Source: Pseudomonadota bacterium
Lineage (GTDB): Bacteria > Pseudomonadota > Alphaproteobacteria > Rickettsiales > UBA6187
Reading direction: 5' to 3'
Length of the DNA: 64,000 nt
NCBI GenBank assembly: GCA_027620075.1
Contig: JAQCEY010000002.1
Coordinates: 104,358 to 168,357 of the forward strand
In this document: positions 37,573 through 47,868 of the stretch, one piece after another
How the letters are laid out: each line of letters starts with the position of its first letter
Numbering within the stretch: position 1 is the first letter of the stretch
Notes under the pieces: generated by a model
What the model was told of the DNA's origin: nothing
Seen by the model: only the letters and a program-made list of their open reading frames with translations
Database searches by the model: none
Translations under genes and position numbers: made by a program

Positions 37573-40386
37573 TTATAGCCTTCTATTTAGCTCTTCTTCC
37601 ATATCCCTTACGGTCGAGATAAGGGTGGCATTAGCGTTATAGTTGGACTGAATACCGATAGTTCTTGTAAGCTCTTCAGCTATATCTGCCGTAGACCCTT
37701 CTAGGGAGCCTGCAACTACTGTTCCAGCTCCACCTTGTCCGGCATCTTTTAGGTTAACCTCGCCAGAGTCCTGAGTTACGGCAAAAGTGTTTCCGGTTTG
37801 AGGGGAAAGAGCATTCTGGTTTGCCACTGTAATTATAGGTAGTTTATAGATAGGTTTTATCTCGCCATTACTGAAATTAGCGTTTACGGTTCCGTCATCA
37901 TCTACGGTTATACCCTTGAACTGTCCTGCTGCTACACCGTTTTGTTCTATGAACTCTACACTGTAAGAGGAGTCAAATTGACGCAGTCCGTCAGTAAGAC
38001 CTATAACTGTAGCTCCCGGAGTGCCGCTTGGCTGCCCTGACGTTCCAAAATCGAAGACAACGGTGTTATCGACCGCACCGGTAGACCATGGTATTGTAAG
38101 TGGAGCCGTTAACGAATTTGAAACGTTGTTTAAAGAGCCGTCTCCGTTAAATGTTACTGTTCCGCTTACTAATAGCCCGTCAGCAGAGCTGTTGCTTAAC
38201 TCTGACGGGGCAAGGGAATAAAACTCTACCGCCCATGTGTTGACACCGACTTTTAAGAATGAAAGCCTGAAGTCATGCCCCGTACCGAGTGCGTCAAATA
38301 CTTCGATATTACGAGGGAAGTGAGGGGTAATATTACCGCCCGCCATGTTTAGTGTTGAATCCGATGAGTTGTATGTTACAGGAACGACCGCAGACTGTGC
38401 TGTTGCCGCCACGGTTCCCGTAATACTCATTTCAGTGAAAAAGCCGTCACCGACATTGTGGTTATCGGCTAAGCCAAGTTCCTTTACTAAATCATCGGAT
38501 GAATCACCGATAACTAAGCCTGTGGCGGATGTAGCTGAGCTTATCGTAATACTAGTATTACCTGAGGCATTGTTCAATGTTGCTGCAAAATCTCCGTCAA
38601 GGTCAATAATTGATTGAAGCTCTGCCATTGTAGCAAATCTTAAAGCTCCGCCTGAAGCTGCAACGTCGGCTAATCCGAATTCAGTTAAGAAGTCTGTCGC
38701 ATTTGAGTTGGCGAAGGTTAAGCCTAAGTCAGCATCAACAGCCGCTATATACAAAGTATCGTTCTCAATTCTTGCGATATAATCGGTACTTGCCTGTATT
38801 GCCGTTACTAAAGTTGCAAGGCTGTTAAATTGTCCTGCCGCTGTGTTGGGGGATACTGCGGTATATGTAAAGGTTGTTGCACCGCCACCATCATTAATAG
38901 TAAATGCGTGACCGTCGGTAATAGAACCGCCGCCGAATGTTCCTGCGGTCGTAGTCGCTGTAAACATAGCATTCGCCGAGGATATAGTGTCACTTGTTTC
39001 AAAACCACCATATGTAACTGTAAGGCTATTACCGCCTCCTGCCTGATCGTCCTCTAAAACAAGGGTATCACCTGCTGCCATTGCAGTTCCGCCAACCGGA
39101 ACTATTAATTGGGTAGAAGTAATAGCCCCGTTCTCGTCAGATTTTAAATCTGCCGTAACTATATTATCTATTTTAGTTACAGTTAGTGTATCTTGCGGAT
39201 CGGCAGAGAATATCTCTATATTAGCACCCGATGTAGGGTTGTTAATAATGGAATTAAGGTCAGCTTGAGCGTTTACCAGAGTTTGTAGTCCCGAAAATGT
39301 ATTCCAGCGTAATACACCCGAAGATGCTGCTAACTGGTCACTAAAACCAAGCTCGTTATGTAAGTTACTGCTGCTGACATCGCCGAAAGTTATGGCTTCC
39401 GTTGCATCAACCGAAGAAACAAATAGCTGTCCGCCCGATGTTCTTGCGGTAAGACCTGTTGCAGCGTCAATTGCCTGAGCCAAAGTATCAAGGCTATTAA
39501 ACTCACCGATTCCTGTTGAAGGATTTGCCGAGGTATAAGTAAAAGTTACTGTCCCGCTTGAAGTAGTGGCAATTGTGAACTGGTCACCCTCTGCAAGGTT
39601 GGTGCCTGTTGTAAATGAGGTGCCGGTAGTTGTCGAGCCAAAAATAGCAGATGTGGTGATATCGGAAGACTCGGCAAAACCGCCATAAACAAGGGTAGAA
39701 GCAACACCGTTCGATGTTACGGTTATGCTATCTCCTTTTTGTGTTCCGGCAACGGGAACTACTATGTCATCTTCGCTAATAGAACCGTTAACAGAAGATG
39801 AGCCGGGGGCAAGATTAACGGTAGCACCTTGAAATACCGCCTGACTGGAGTTAAGGTTCAAACCTGTGGATATTGTAGTGGTTGCAGATGCCGTACCGCT
39901 TGCGGCGTTGGTGTCAACTACTACTAACGAGCTGGTTGATTCTGCTGCCGTAGTATTAAGGTTGCCCGTGTCACCCGGTTTTCTGCCGTCATTATCAAGC
40001 GGCCAGCCAAGCAACTGTAGACCTTCGGGGTTTACAAGCTCGCCTTTGTTGTTAATATCGAATGAACCGGCACGAGTAAGCAATAATGTACCGCTTTCGT
40101 CCTGTACCGCAAAGAATCCGCTGCCTGATATGGCAAGATCTGTCACCCTTCCGGTTGATTCAATCAAGCCTTGTGATTCTATGATGCTTTTTGCGTTAAC
40201 CGACACACCTCCGCTTGAATAACCGACACCTGAGTTAGTGTTTGTAACAAGCGTAGAAAACTGGCTTTTTACCGCTTTATAACCGGGTGTTGACGCATTT
40301 GCGATATTGTCGGCACTAATCGAGATACTGGTACTTTGTGCCTGTAGCCCTGTTACTGCCGAGTTCCTTGCTCCTGATAATCCCAT
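37573..40386 (-). CDS. flgE: Flagellar hook protein FlgE, unusually long (937 aa) with an internally duplicated central domain
   Basis: The N-terminal rod/hook segment is VTGLQAQSTSISISADNIANASTPGYK. The C-terminal segment is GSLEGSTADIAEELTRTIGIQSNYNANATLIS. The gene follows flgD. Confidence 0.85.
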   Translation of the reverse strand: MGLSGARNSAVTGLQAQSTSISISADNIANASTPGYKAVKSQFSTLVTNTNSGVGYSSGGVSVNAKSIIESQGLIESTGRVTDLAISGSGFFAVQDESGTLLLTRAGSFDINNKGELVNPEGLQLLGWPLDNDGRKPGDTGNLNTTAAESTSSLVVVDTNAASGTASATTTISTGLNLNSSQAVFQGATVNLAPGSSSVNGSISEDDIVVPVAGTQKGDSITVTSNGVASTLVYGGFAESSDITTSAIFGSTTTGTSFTTGTNLAEGDQFTIATTSSGTVTFTYTSANPSTGIGEFNSLDTLAQAIDAATGLTARTSGGQLFVSSVDATEAITFGDVSSSNLHNELGFSDQLAASSGVLRWNTFSGLQTLVNAQADLNSIINNPTSGANIEIFSADPQDTLTVTKIDNIVTADLKSDENGAITSTQLIVPVGGTAMAAGDTLVLEDDQAGGGNSLTVTYGGFETSDTISSANAMFTATTTAGTFGGGSITDGHAFTINDGGGATTFTYTAVSPNTAAGQFNSLATLVTAIQASTDYIARIENDTLYIAAVDADLGLTFANSNATDFLTEFGLADVAASGGALRFATMAELQSIIDLDGDFAATLNNASGNTSITISSATSATGLVIGDSSDDLVKELGLADNHNVGDGFFTEMSITGTVAATAQSAVVPVTYNSSDSTLNMAGGNITPHFPRNIEVFDALGTGHDFRLSFLKVGVNTWAVEFYSLAPSELSNSSADGLLVSGTVTFNGDGSLNNVSNSLTAPLTIPWSTGAVDNTVVFDFGTSGQPSGTPGATVIGLTDGLRQFDSSYSVEFIEQNGVAAGQFKGITVDDDGTVNANFSNGEIKPIYKLPIITVANQNALSPQTGNTFAVTQDSGEVNLKDAGQGGAGTVVAGSLEGSTADIAEELTRTIGIQSNYNANATLISTVRDMEEELNRRL
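38467..39777 (-). repeat. Tandem duplication of a ~220-aa module inside flgE (aa ~204-422 and ~423-640)
   Basis: Aligned anchors: IVVPVAGT / LIVPVGGT, VYGGFAESSDITTS / TYGGFETSDTISS, TFTYTSANPSTGIGEFNSLDTLAQAI / TFTYTAVSPNTAAGQFNSLATLVTAI, and LRWNTFSGLQTLV / LRFATMAELQSII. Confidence 0.75.
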
Positions 40387-40458
40387 AATTTATCCTCCTT
40401 ATGTAAGTTATTAGTCATTAGTTGCTTAGGTTTCCCTAGCTTTCTTCACTTAGTTATC

Positions 40459-41157
40459 CTAATTATTTTGCGAGCGGATGGAGATAATATCCCCGACCGA
40501 TGTTTTTATATTTCCTACCAGTAAAACTACATCGTCCGACTCAAAATTCGCTCCTGTTACTATTCCCTTTGTTACGGTGTCGACTGATGTTATTTTAGCA
40601 TCTTCCCCTTCACCGATAGCGTAATCGACCGTAACGAAATATTCTCCGTCAGATAAAGGGTTGCCGGCATTATCAAGACCGTCCCAGACTATAGTGTTTT
40701 TGCCGCTGACTTTTTCACCGTTGGCACGCCTTACAACATTTCCTAGAGTATCCTGAATAACTATAAATACGTCATCGGGACGTTCGGGAATGTCGTATGA
40801 AAATTCCGCCCTTCCGTCTTTAAGGCTTACAATCGGGGTGTTGAACTCTATTTCCTTATCAAGGTATGACACCGGTGAGCCGAAATTATCACGTTCTGCC
40901 TTTAATAATGATTCTATTGATTCAAGGTGGGCATTCTGGTTTATTGACTGTTCAACTGAAGATAGCCTTGTAATACTGTCGATGAACTCCGTTCCCTCCA
41001 TCGGGTCAAGCGGATCTTGAAACTTTAACTGGGCAAGGAGTATCGTCAGGAAGTCTTCCCTTGTGCCGACAAATGAGTCGAAATCCTCCCCGCTTTTTGT
41101 TTTTGTCGTAGATGCCAGCCCTATGCTTGATGCTGCATTTGATTCTATTGTTGCCAT
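40459..41157 (-). CDS. flgD: Flagellar hook assembly (capping) protein FlgD
   Basis: 232 aa. FLTILLAQLKFQDPLDPM is the FlgD signature. A C-terminal FlgD Ig-like region is present. Confidence 0.9.
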   Translation of the reverse strand: MATIESNAASSIGLASTTKTKSGEDFDSFVGTREDFLTILLAQLKFQDPLDPMEGTEFIDSITRLSSVEQSINQNAHLESIESLLKAERDNFGSPVSYLDKEIEFNTPIVSLKDGRAEFSYDIPERPDDVFIVIQDTLGNVVRRANGEKVSGKNTIVWDGLDNAGNPLSDGEYFVTVDYAIGEGEDAKITSVDTVTKGIVTGANFESDDVVLLVGNIKTSVGDIISIRSQNN

Positions 41158-41169
41158 AATATATCTCCC

Positions 41170-42714
41170 TTATACCCTTATGTCCAAACCGTCTTTCATT
41201 ACAAAGCTACGGTTGTAAATTTGTGAAATATCTTCAATGCCGTTATCCTCGGCATCTTCATTATTTTGTGCGTATGATTTGCCGAATGCTTCTTTTATTA
41301 TTTCTTTCCACTTCTCATCACTTTGTTCGTGGAAACTGAAACTCAAATCGCCCGATTGTGTCTGAAGTGCGTCTTGTAATAGTCCTTTTAGCGAACCGGA
41401 CTCTTTTTGAAGCAGGTTTAGCGTATCTATTTTCTCTGCCATAACGGCAACTTTGGTCTTGCCGTCATGACCTGTTTCTATGCGGACATCAACGCTGCCG
41501 AGTTCTTTAGGGTGCAGTTGGATTGTTATCTTACTTTCACCCTTAGCACCTAGTGACGAAATGCCGAATTTTATCTGAGCCATTACGTCATTTGCCTTAT
41601 CTGCCTTTAAAGCTCCCATATTCTTTATGTTGTTGGATACCGTATCAACATATTTTTGGAATTTGATGAACTCTCCGCTATTAACAGGAGCGTCCGAATA
41701 ATTCTGCACCGATGACGGAGTCAATGACTCTGAAGAATTTTGGAAGCTGTTTGAATTGTTATTTGAAAGGTTGTTTTGTAGCCCGCTTGCCTGTGTATTG
41801 GCAGGGTTTTGTGCTAACTTGTTTGACGCTATCTTTTGGTTGTCCAGTTGATTCTGTAAGTTTTTAGTTAACTCCTGAGTGTTTTGTGAATCACCTGAAA
41901 TAAGGCTTTTCAAAATATCGGCGTTCTTACTTGTAAAGTTGTTTATATTAAGGTTTTCCTGCCTGTTATTATCGACTTTTTTGTCCTCAGGATTAATATT
42001 TAGCAGGCTTTTTACCTGATCGGATCTGATATTTGTTTGCTGAACCTGTGGCTCTTCGGCAATTGTTTTTGCTGTTTGTATGACATCTTCTGCAACTTTT
42101 GCTATCTGCCCTTCGCTGATATTAGCGATACCGCTAAGACTCTGTGTGTTTGTTTGTTGTGATTGTAAAAGGTTGCTGTTAATTTCAGGCGTATCACCTG
42201 ATATTTCAATATTATCAAGTGCGGTTATTTGGGCTTTTGCAGAGGATTGCAGCCCTGCGTTTGCTATCTCGTTAGAAATTGACGATACTGCCTTGCCTAA
42301 GTTGCCTATTATATCGCCTACAGGTGTTATCTGTGTGTTCAAACCTTCGGCTTCCTGCAATGAAAGCAAGCCCTCCAATATGTGATTGCCTAAATTTTGC
42401 TTATTGCCCGATTTTTGCAGTAAGGCGTTATTTGTGCCTGAATTCTGTAAATTACCTATCAACCGTCCTAAAGAAGCATCGTCCGAGAAATCTATCTTGC
42501 CAAGGTCTATATTCTGTGATTTTAAGGATTTTAATATATTGATTATATCGTCGTTGCTTATGCCTGACGGTAGTTTTTTATCATTATCTACGTAATCTTT
42601 GAAATTCCGGTCACTTTCGGCATAATGGGCGGACGGCGAATTATCACCGTTCCTCCTAGTATCAGGCTTTTCTACCTGCTGTGCCGTTAAAATGTCCAGT
42701 AACCCGAGATTCAT
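41170..42714 (-). CDS. fliK: Flagellar hook-length control protein FliK
   Basis: 514 aa with a Q/N/S-rich low-complexity middle and a C-terminal Flg_hook-type segment, ITIQLHPKELGSVDVRIE. It lies directly upstream of flgD-flgE. Confidence 0.72.
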   Translation of the reverse strand: MNLGLLDILTAQQVEKPDTRRNGDNSPSAHYAESDRNFKDYVDNDKKLPSGISNDDIINILKSLKSQNIDLGKIDFSDDASLGRLIGNLQNSGTNNALLQKSGNKQNLGNHILEGLLSLQEAEGLNTQITPVGDIIGNLGKAVSSISNEIANAGLQSSAKAQITALDNIEISGDTPEINSNLLQSQQTNTQSLSGIANISEGQIAKVAEDVIQTAKTIAEEPQVQQTNIRSDQVKSLLNINPEDKKVDNNRQENLNINNFTSKNADILKSLISGDSQNTQELTKNLQNQLDNQKIASNKLAQNPANTQASGLQNNLSNNNSNSFQNSSESLTPSSVQNYSDAPVNSGEFIKFQKYVDTVSNNIKNMGALKADKANDVMAQIKFGISSLGAKGESKITIQLHPKELGSVDVRIETGHDGKTKVAVMAEKIDTLNLLQKESGSLKGLLQDALQTQSGDLSFSFHEQSDEKWKEIIKEAFGKSYAQNNEDAEDNGIEDISQIYNRSFVMKDGLDIRV

Positions 42715-42781
42715 TATATTACTTATATTTTTATGATACCGCTTCTTTGCGATATGGAAAATTCATTCCAACCAAATATAA

Positions 42782-42797
42782 GCAATAGGCGTGCCAA
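42782..42797 (-). promoter_or_regulatory. Sigma-54 (RpoN) -24/-12 promoter of the fliK-flgD-flgE operon
   Basis: The minus strand reads TTGGCACGCCTATTGCT, a match to YTGGCACGrNNNTTGCW with exact GG-N10-GC spacing. The -12 element is about 68 nt upstream of the fliK ATG. Confidence 0.75.
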
Positions 42798-42982
42798 GTC
42801 TTGTAACGCCTTGTATCTAGATGACTTTGTCGATGTGAACGGAGTTATGCTTATGATTAAAATATATAAAAAGAGGTAAAAATTGCCTTTTAGTTTAGGA
42901 AGTTATTGCCATATCTTATTTTTTAGACCGCATGGTTGTTTAGGGTTCAGAGGGCGGCGCATCTTGGGACTAAACGACTAAT

Positions 42983-44485
42983 CTACCATATAGGTTTGCC
43001 GCTGCTGCCGATTCCAAGCTCGTCCCACATTTTCGTTACCTTATCTACGACATTTTTATCCATTTGTATCTTAGTACCCCATTCACGTTTTGTTTCCGCA
43101 CCTATTTTATTCGTAGCATCAAAACCGACTTTACTGCCTAAACTCGGTTCGGGAGAGGCAAAATCCAGATAATCGATCGGCGTATTTTCTATAAAAGTCA
43201 TATCACGGGCAGGGTCCATGCGGGTAGATATCGCCCATATAACGTCCGTCCAATCCCTTACATTAATATCGTCATCAACCACTATCACGAATTTTGTGTA
43301 CATGAACTGCCGCAAAAATGACCAAACCCCCATCATGACACGCTTGGCATGACCGGCATAAGCTTTTTTCATGGAAACTACCGCAACACGATACGAACAC
43401 CCTTCAGGCGGCAACCAGAAATCAACTATTTCAGGGAATTGCTGTTTTAGCAAAGGCACAAAAACCTCGTTCAATGCTTCACCTAATACCGAAGGTTCAT
43501 CAGGCGGTCTTCCCGTAAAAGTACTAAGATAAATAGGGTTTTTACGCATGGTTATGGCAGAAACGGTAAATACGGGGAACTTTTCAACCTGATTATAATA
43601 TCCGGTGTGGTCGCCATAAGGTCCTTCATCTTCATAGTCGTCAAGGCTTACATGTCCTTCCAGCACTATTTCAGCCTCGGCAGGCACTTTGAGAGGAACG
43701 GTCTTGCATTCAACCAGTTCAACGCTCTTTCCCCGTAGTAATCCGCTAAACTGATATTCGGACAAGGTATCGGGAACAGGCGTTACCGCCGCCAGTATCG
43801 TGCCGGGGTCTGCACCTATAACCGCCGCTACAGGGAACGGCTCGTTTTTCTCCTTAGACCATCTTTTATGCTGCTGCGCTCCGCCTCTGTGCTTTAGCCA
43901 ACGCATTAAGGTAGTGTTTGCTCCGGTAAGCTGCATGCGGTAAATGCCTAGGTTAAAACCGTCCTGCCCTTTTTTTGTTATTCCTTGTGTAACAACCAAC
44001 GGCCATGTGATAAGCGGAGCCGGTTCATTGGGCCAGCATATCTGTACAGGCAGTTTGTTCAGATCAATATCATCACCTTGTATAACAACCTCCTGACAAG
44101 GGGCTTTCTTTACGGTTTTAGGCGACATATTCAAGGCTTTTTTAACAATGGGCAGCATTTCCCATGCCTCTTTGATACCGGCAGGCGGTTCAGGTTGCCT
44201 CAAAAATGCTAAAGTCTCGCCTATTTCCCTCAAATTTTCAGGTTTGCAGTCCATACCCTTTGCGACACGCTCTACAGTGCCGAATAAGTTTACAAGTACG
44301 GGTATATCTGATTTTCCGTTTGGTGTTATAACATTTTCAAATAATAACGCAGGTCCTTTTTCTGCCAGAACACGAGTCTGTATCTCGGTCATTTCAAGTT
44401 CGGTGGATACGGGGTGTTTTATTCTTATTAAATCACCGTCCTTTTCAAGTTTGGCGATAAAATCCCTTAGTGATTTATATGGCAT
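42983..44485 (-). CDS. ubiD: 4-hydroxy-3-polyprenylbenzoate decarboxylase UbiD
   Basis: 500 aa matching the UbiD family over its full length ([27 protein letters not shown]). Confidence 0.92.
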   Translation of the reverse strand: MPYKSLRDFIAKLEKDGDLIRIKHPVSTELEMTEIQTRVLAEKGPALLFENVITPNGKSDIPVLVNLFGTVERVAKGMDCKPENLREIGETLAFLRQPEPPAGIKEAWEMLPIVKKALNMSPKTVKKAPCQEVVIQGDDIDLNKLPVQICWPNEPAPLITWPLVVTQGITKKGQDGFNLGIYRMQLTGANTTLMRWLKHRGGAQQHKRWSKEKNEPFPVAAVIGADPGTILAAVTPVPDTLSEYQFSGLLRGKSVELVECKTVPLKVPAEAEIVLEGHVSLDDYEDEGPYGDHTGYYNQVEKFPVFTVSAITMRKNPIYLSTFTGRPPDEPSVLGEALNEVFVPLLKQQFPEIVDFWLPPEGCSYRVAVVSMKKAYAGHAKRVMMGVWSFLRQFMYTKFVIVVDDDINVRDWTDVIWAISTRMDPARDMTFIENTPIDYLDFASPEPSLGSKVGFDATNKIGAETKREWGTKIQMDKNVVDKVTKMWDELGIGSSGKPIW

Positions 44486-44521
44486 TATTTTTTATAAATA
44501 TTTAAGTTTTTTACAGGATTA

Positions 44522-44663
44522 TATAGTAAATTAACTTTTCAACAATGCTGTCATCCCCCGAATTTTCATAGAAAATTATAGGGGGATCTCGTTTTAATTT
44601 ATACAGATCCCCGAACAAGTCGGGGATGACAATTTCTAACTCTTGAAAAGTTACGTTACTATA
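44522..44663. repeat. Type B palindromic repeat, copy B2 (inverted relative to B1)
   Basis: TATAGT...GTCATCCCCCGAATTTTCATAGAAAATTATAGGGGGATC...GATCCCCGAACAAGTCGGGGATGAC...ACTATA. Confidence 0.85.
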
Positions 44664-44796
44664 GTTATAAACTGTTGAAAATCAAGATACGTAAATCGGG
44701 TGGTGTATAATAAAAATATAAGCAGGTTAGAATATAGGTTTGATATTGTTTAAAAACGGCATTATATTTAAAAACCTAACCTAAAAAAAGAAATAA

Positions 44797-46137
44797 ATGT
44801 TTAAATTCCTGACTTTTATACTTGTATTAACCCTTATCTCGGTTTCTGCCGTATGGTTTATTGAAAATGACGGGTCGATAGTGGTTGAGTGGATGGGATA
44901 CCGGATTCAAACTTCGGTTATGTTCACGGTATTTTCTATTATAGTTCTGTTCTTTTTGCTGTTCGTTATTTTGCAGATATTGTCGGCTATAAAAAATGCT
45001 CCTAAGAACTATCAAAAATCAGTAAAAGATAAAAAGAAAGAAAAAGGGCTTATAGCACTGACGGAAGGTTTTGCCGCAATAGCCGCAGGAGATGTAAAGC
45101 AGGCAAAAAAACTTACTAAACAGGCAGTAGGATGTTTAGGTCACGTACCGGTTACAAAACTGCTTGCCGCCCAATCCGCACAGCTTGAGGGCAATTTCGG
45201 TGAGGCTAAAGTGCATTATAGCACAATGCTCGAAAATAAAGAAACCCAAATGATAGCTATAAAAGGGCTGCTTTTACAGGCGGAAAAAGACGGTGATACC
45301 GAAGAAGCCATAACCCTTGCAGGTAAAGCTATTCAGGCACAGCCTAACTCGGACTGGGCAAATAAAGTATTGCTTCGTCTTTATAAAATAACCAAACGCT
45401 GGAAAGAAGCACGGAATTTAACCGAACGTGCTGCAAAGCTTAAACTTATAACGAAAGAGCAGGCGAAACGTGATATAGCAGTGATGGAAGTCGCATTAAG
45501 TATTGAGGCTAAAGAAAAGGGAAATATACAAACGGCAATAGAATATGCACAAAAAGCCTGTAAGGCGTTGATAGGATTTCCACCTTCCGCCGTTATTTAC
45601 GCAAAGTTATTACTTGAAGCAAATAAGAGCAACAAACGAAAAGCCGTTAATGTACTTGAAAAATGCTGGAAAATTAATCCGAATTCTTTGATAGCCGAAG
45701 AGTATATGGAAATTTATAGTGGTGAAACACCTGAAAAAAGACTAAAATACGCCGAAAGACTGCTAAAATTAAAACCTAATGATGTAAATTCACATATTAT
45801 TGTAGCTAAAGCGGCAATTGCGGCAGATAATACCTCCAAAGCCAGAAACCATCTGAAAGTATCACTAAATATCAAAGAAACGTCTCAGATATGCCTTTTA
45901 ATGGCTGAAGTTGAGCGAATAGAAGAAGTTGATGATGAGGCTGTAAAAAAATGGGTCAACCGTGCTAAACTATGCCCGCCCGATACAGGTTGGCACTGTA
46001 AAAAATGCAGTGCATCGCAAGCCGTATGGAATGCTAATTGTGATAATTGCGGCTCATTCGATAGCCTGAAATGGAGCAATAACAAATCTACGATAAATAT
46101 AGTAAACCCTAAAGAACAACTCTCTATAGAATCCTAA
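44797..46137 (+). CDS. hemY: HemY-like TPR membrane protein
   Basis: 446 aa with an N-terminal two-TM HemY_N pattern, TPR-like repeats, and a C-terminal zinc ribbon WHCKKCSASQAVWNANCDNCGSFDSLKW as in alphaproteobacterial HemY. Confidence 0.75.
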   Translation: MFKFLTFILVLTLISVSAVWFIENDGSIVVEWMGYRIQTSVMFTVFSIIVLFFLLFVILQILSAIKNAPKNYQKSVKDKKKEKGLIALTEGFAAIAAGDVKQAKKLTKQAVGCLGHVPVTKLLAAQSAQLEGNFGEAKVHYSTMLENKETQMIAIKGLLLQAEKDGDTEEAITLAGKAIQAQPNSDWANKVLLRLYKITKRWKEARNLTERAAKLKLITKEQAKRDIAVMEVALSIEAKEKGNIQTAIEYAQKACKALIGFPPSAVIYAKLLLEANKSNKRKAVNVLEKCWKINPNSLIAEEYMEIYSGETPEKRLKYAERLLKLKPNDVNSHIIVAKAAIAADNTSKARNHLKVSLNIKETSQICLLMAEVERIEEVDDEAVKKWVNRAKLCPPDTGWHCKKCSASQAVWNANCDNCGSFDSLKWSNNKSTINIVNPKEQLSIES

Positions 46138-46308
46138 AGTGATAAAATCTATCTGCAATGAACACTGTAATAGCTGTCAGTCCTATTCTCTGTAGCCGAG
46201 GTAGTATCGTTAAATCTCAAATATCGAGGCTTTTTACGAACTTGTTTAAGAGCAAGTCTTTGAAAAGTAAGGCTTATTAAAATTTGTAATAAAACTTTAA
46301 TATTTCTC

Positions 46309-46337
46309 TTGCAATCAATGCCCGTTATTGATACAAT
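46309..46337 (+). promoter_or_regulatory. Near-consensus sigma-70-type promoter with no annotated gene downstream
   Basis: TTGCAA (46309-46314), a 17-nt spacer, then TACAAT (46332-46337). Confidence 0.4.
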
Positions 46338-46503
46338 AAAATTATTAGGGCTATGATAAAAACTAGGGAAGCTCCCGATAAAAAAATTAAGAAGAAAATA
46401 CTTAGTAGATAATGTTCGGTTTCAGTTATTCTTAGATTTTATCCTAGCCTTAATTAAAAGATAAAAAAATAACAACACTCCAATTCCTTCAGTTCGAAAA
46501 ATA

Positions 46504-46531
46504 CACCTCCTCAAAAGGGAGGTGTTTTTTT
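46504..46531. terminator. Rho-independent terminator. It serves pabB on the minus strand and could also end a plus-strand transcript.
   Basis: CACCTCC-TCAAAAG-GGAGGTG followed by T7 on the plus strand. On the minus strand the stem is followed by TATTTTT. Confidence 0.7.
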
Positions 46532-46545
46532 ATAATTTTTAGAAA

Positions 46546-47835
46546 TTAAATTACTTTTAATTTTTCAATATTTATGCCCAACACCCTTGACATTGCTTTG
46601 GCTTTTAAAATAGATTCTTCAAACTCTTTTTCCGCACAAGAATCGGCAACAATTGCCCCTCCCACCTGAAACTCGAATTTATTATCTTCAATGATGATAG
46701 TTCTTATCACTACGGATAGGTCGGCACTGCCGTCCCCTCCAAAAATGCCTATCGCACCTGAATAAACACCTCTTCTTACTTTTTCCAGTTCAGAGCATAA
46801 CTGCATGGCTTTTATTTTCGGTGCACCGGTCATAGAACCGGGAGGGAAGCACCCTTTTATCAAATCCGTTGTACTGCAACCCTGTTTTTTTATGCCTTTT
46901 ACCGTTGATGCCATATGATGTACGGTAGCATAAGATGTCACCTCGAATAATCCTTCAACCTTTACCGAGCCTTCTTCGCAGTGGCGTGAAATATCGTTGC
47001 GGCTCAAGTCTACTATCATCAGGTTTTCAGCTCTGTCTTTTTCGCTCATCTGTAGTTTTTTCTTAGACTCCCTGTCTTTTTCTGCATCATCAAAGCGTGG
47101 GGCGGAACCTTTTATAGGTCTTGTGTCAACATCACCCTCGGCACTTACATGCACGAACCTTTCAGGGCTTGAAGAGATAATAAATCTGTTATCCAGTTTT
47201 AATATGGCAGAATATGGAGCGGGGCTTACTTTGCAAAGTTCCGTAAAAATATCGACAGGCTGTGCGTTTTTAATTTCACCATAGAATTTTCGGGTCAAAT
47301 TAGCCTGATAAAGATCGCCTCTATATATTACGTCTTTTATATAATCGACCTTTTTAAGATATTCATCTTTAGTCATATTAGAAGCGGTATTAACTATCGT
47401 ATGATTCAATATAGCGGTCTTTGACGGAGCCGGTACATAATTTAACATCTCCTCGGACTGTCCCCATATGTCTATACGTTTCTTTTTATGGTCGAATATA
47501 AGTAAAAGCCCGAAATTAATCATCCACATATCCGGCATGTTGATGAAGAACCCTTCATCTTGAGTTAATTTTTCCAGAGAGTTTTTCAGCCCGTAACCAA
47601 GATAACCAAGCCATGCGTTTTCGATTTCACTCTTATCGCTTGATAGGGCTTTTTCAAGCTCACTAAAATCCGATGATGTTATTTGTCTTTGCGGTTTCAT
47701 TACCAGAATTGAGCGTGTGCCTGTAAAATCATTTTTCAGACCGGAATAGAGCATAATCCAGTTTTCTTGTTCATTTTTCAATGATGAAACTATGTCTAAA
47801 GGCTCTTGCCATGATATTGTTTTTAAAAGACGCAT
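46546..47835 (-). CDS. pabB: Chorismate-binding enzyme, most likely aminodeoxychorismate synthase component I (PabB)
   Basis: 429 aa with the C-terminal chorismate-binding domain motifs PPGSMTGAPKIKAM, GVYSGAIG and GGAIVADS. The short N-terminus favours PabB over TrpE. Confidence 0.6.
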   Translation of the reverse strand: MRLLKTISWQEPLDIVSSLKNEQENWIMLYSGLKNDFTGTRSILVMKPQRQITSSDFSELEKALSSDKSEIENAWLGYLGYGLKNSLEKLTQDEGFFINMPDMWMINFGLLLIFDHKKKRIDIWGQSEEMLNYVPAPSKTAILNHTIVNTASNMTKDEYLKKVDYIKDVIYRGDLYQANLTRKFYGEIKNAQPVDIFTELCKVSPAPYSAILKLDNRFIISSSPERFVHVSAEGDVDTRPIKGSAPRFDDAEKDRESKKKLQMSEKDRAENLMIVDLSRNDISRHCEEGSVKVEGLFEVTSYATVHHMASTVKGIKKQGCSTTDLIKGCFPPGSMTGAPKIKAMQLCSELEKVRRGVYSGAIGIFGGDGSADLSVVIRTIIIEDNKFEFQVGGAIVADSCAEKEFEESILKAKAMSRVLGINIEKLKVI

Positions 47836-47868
47836 AAATAATGCTTACAAAATATTATAATACAACTT

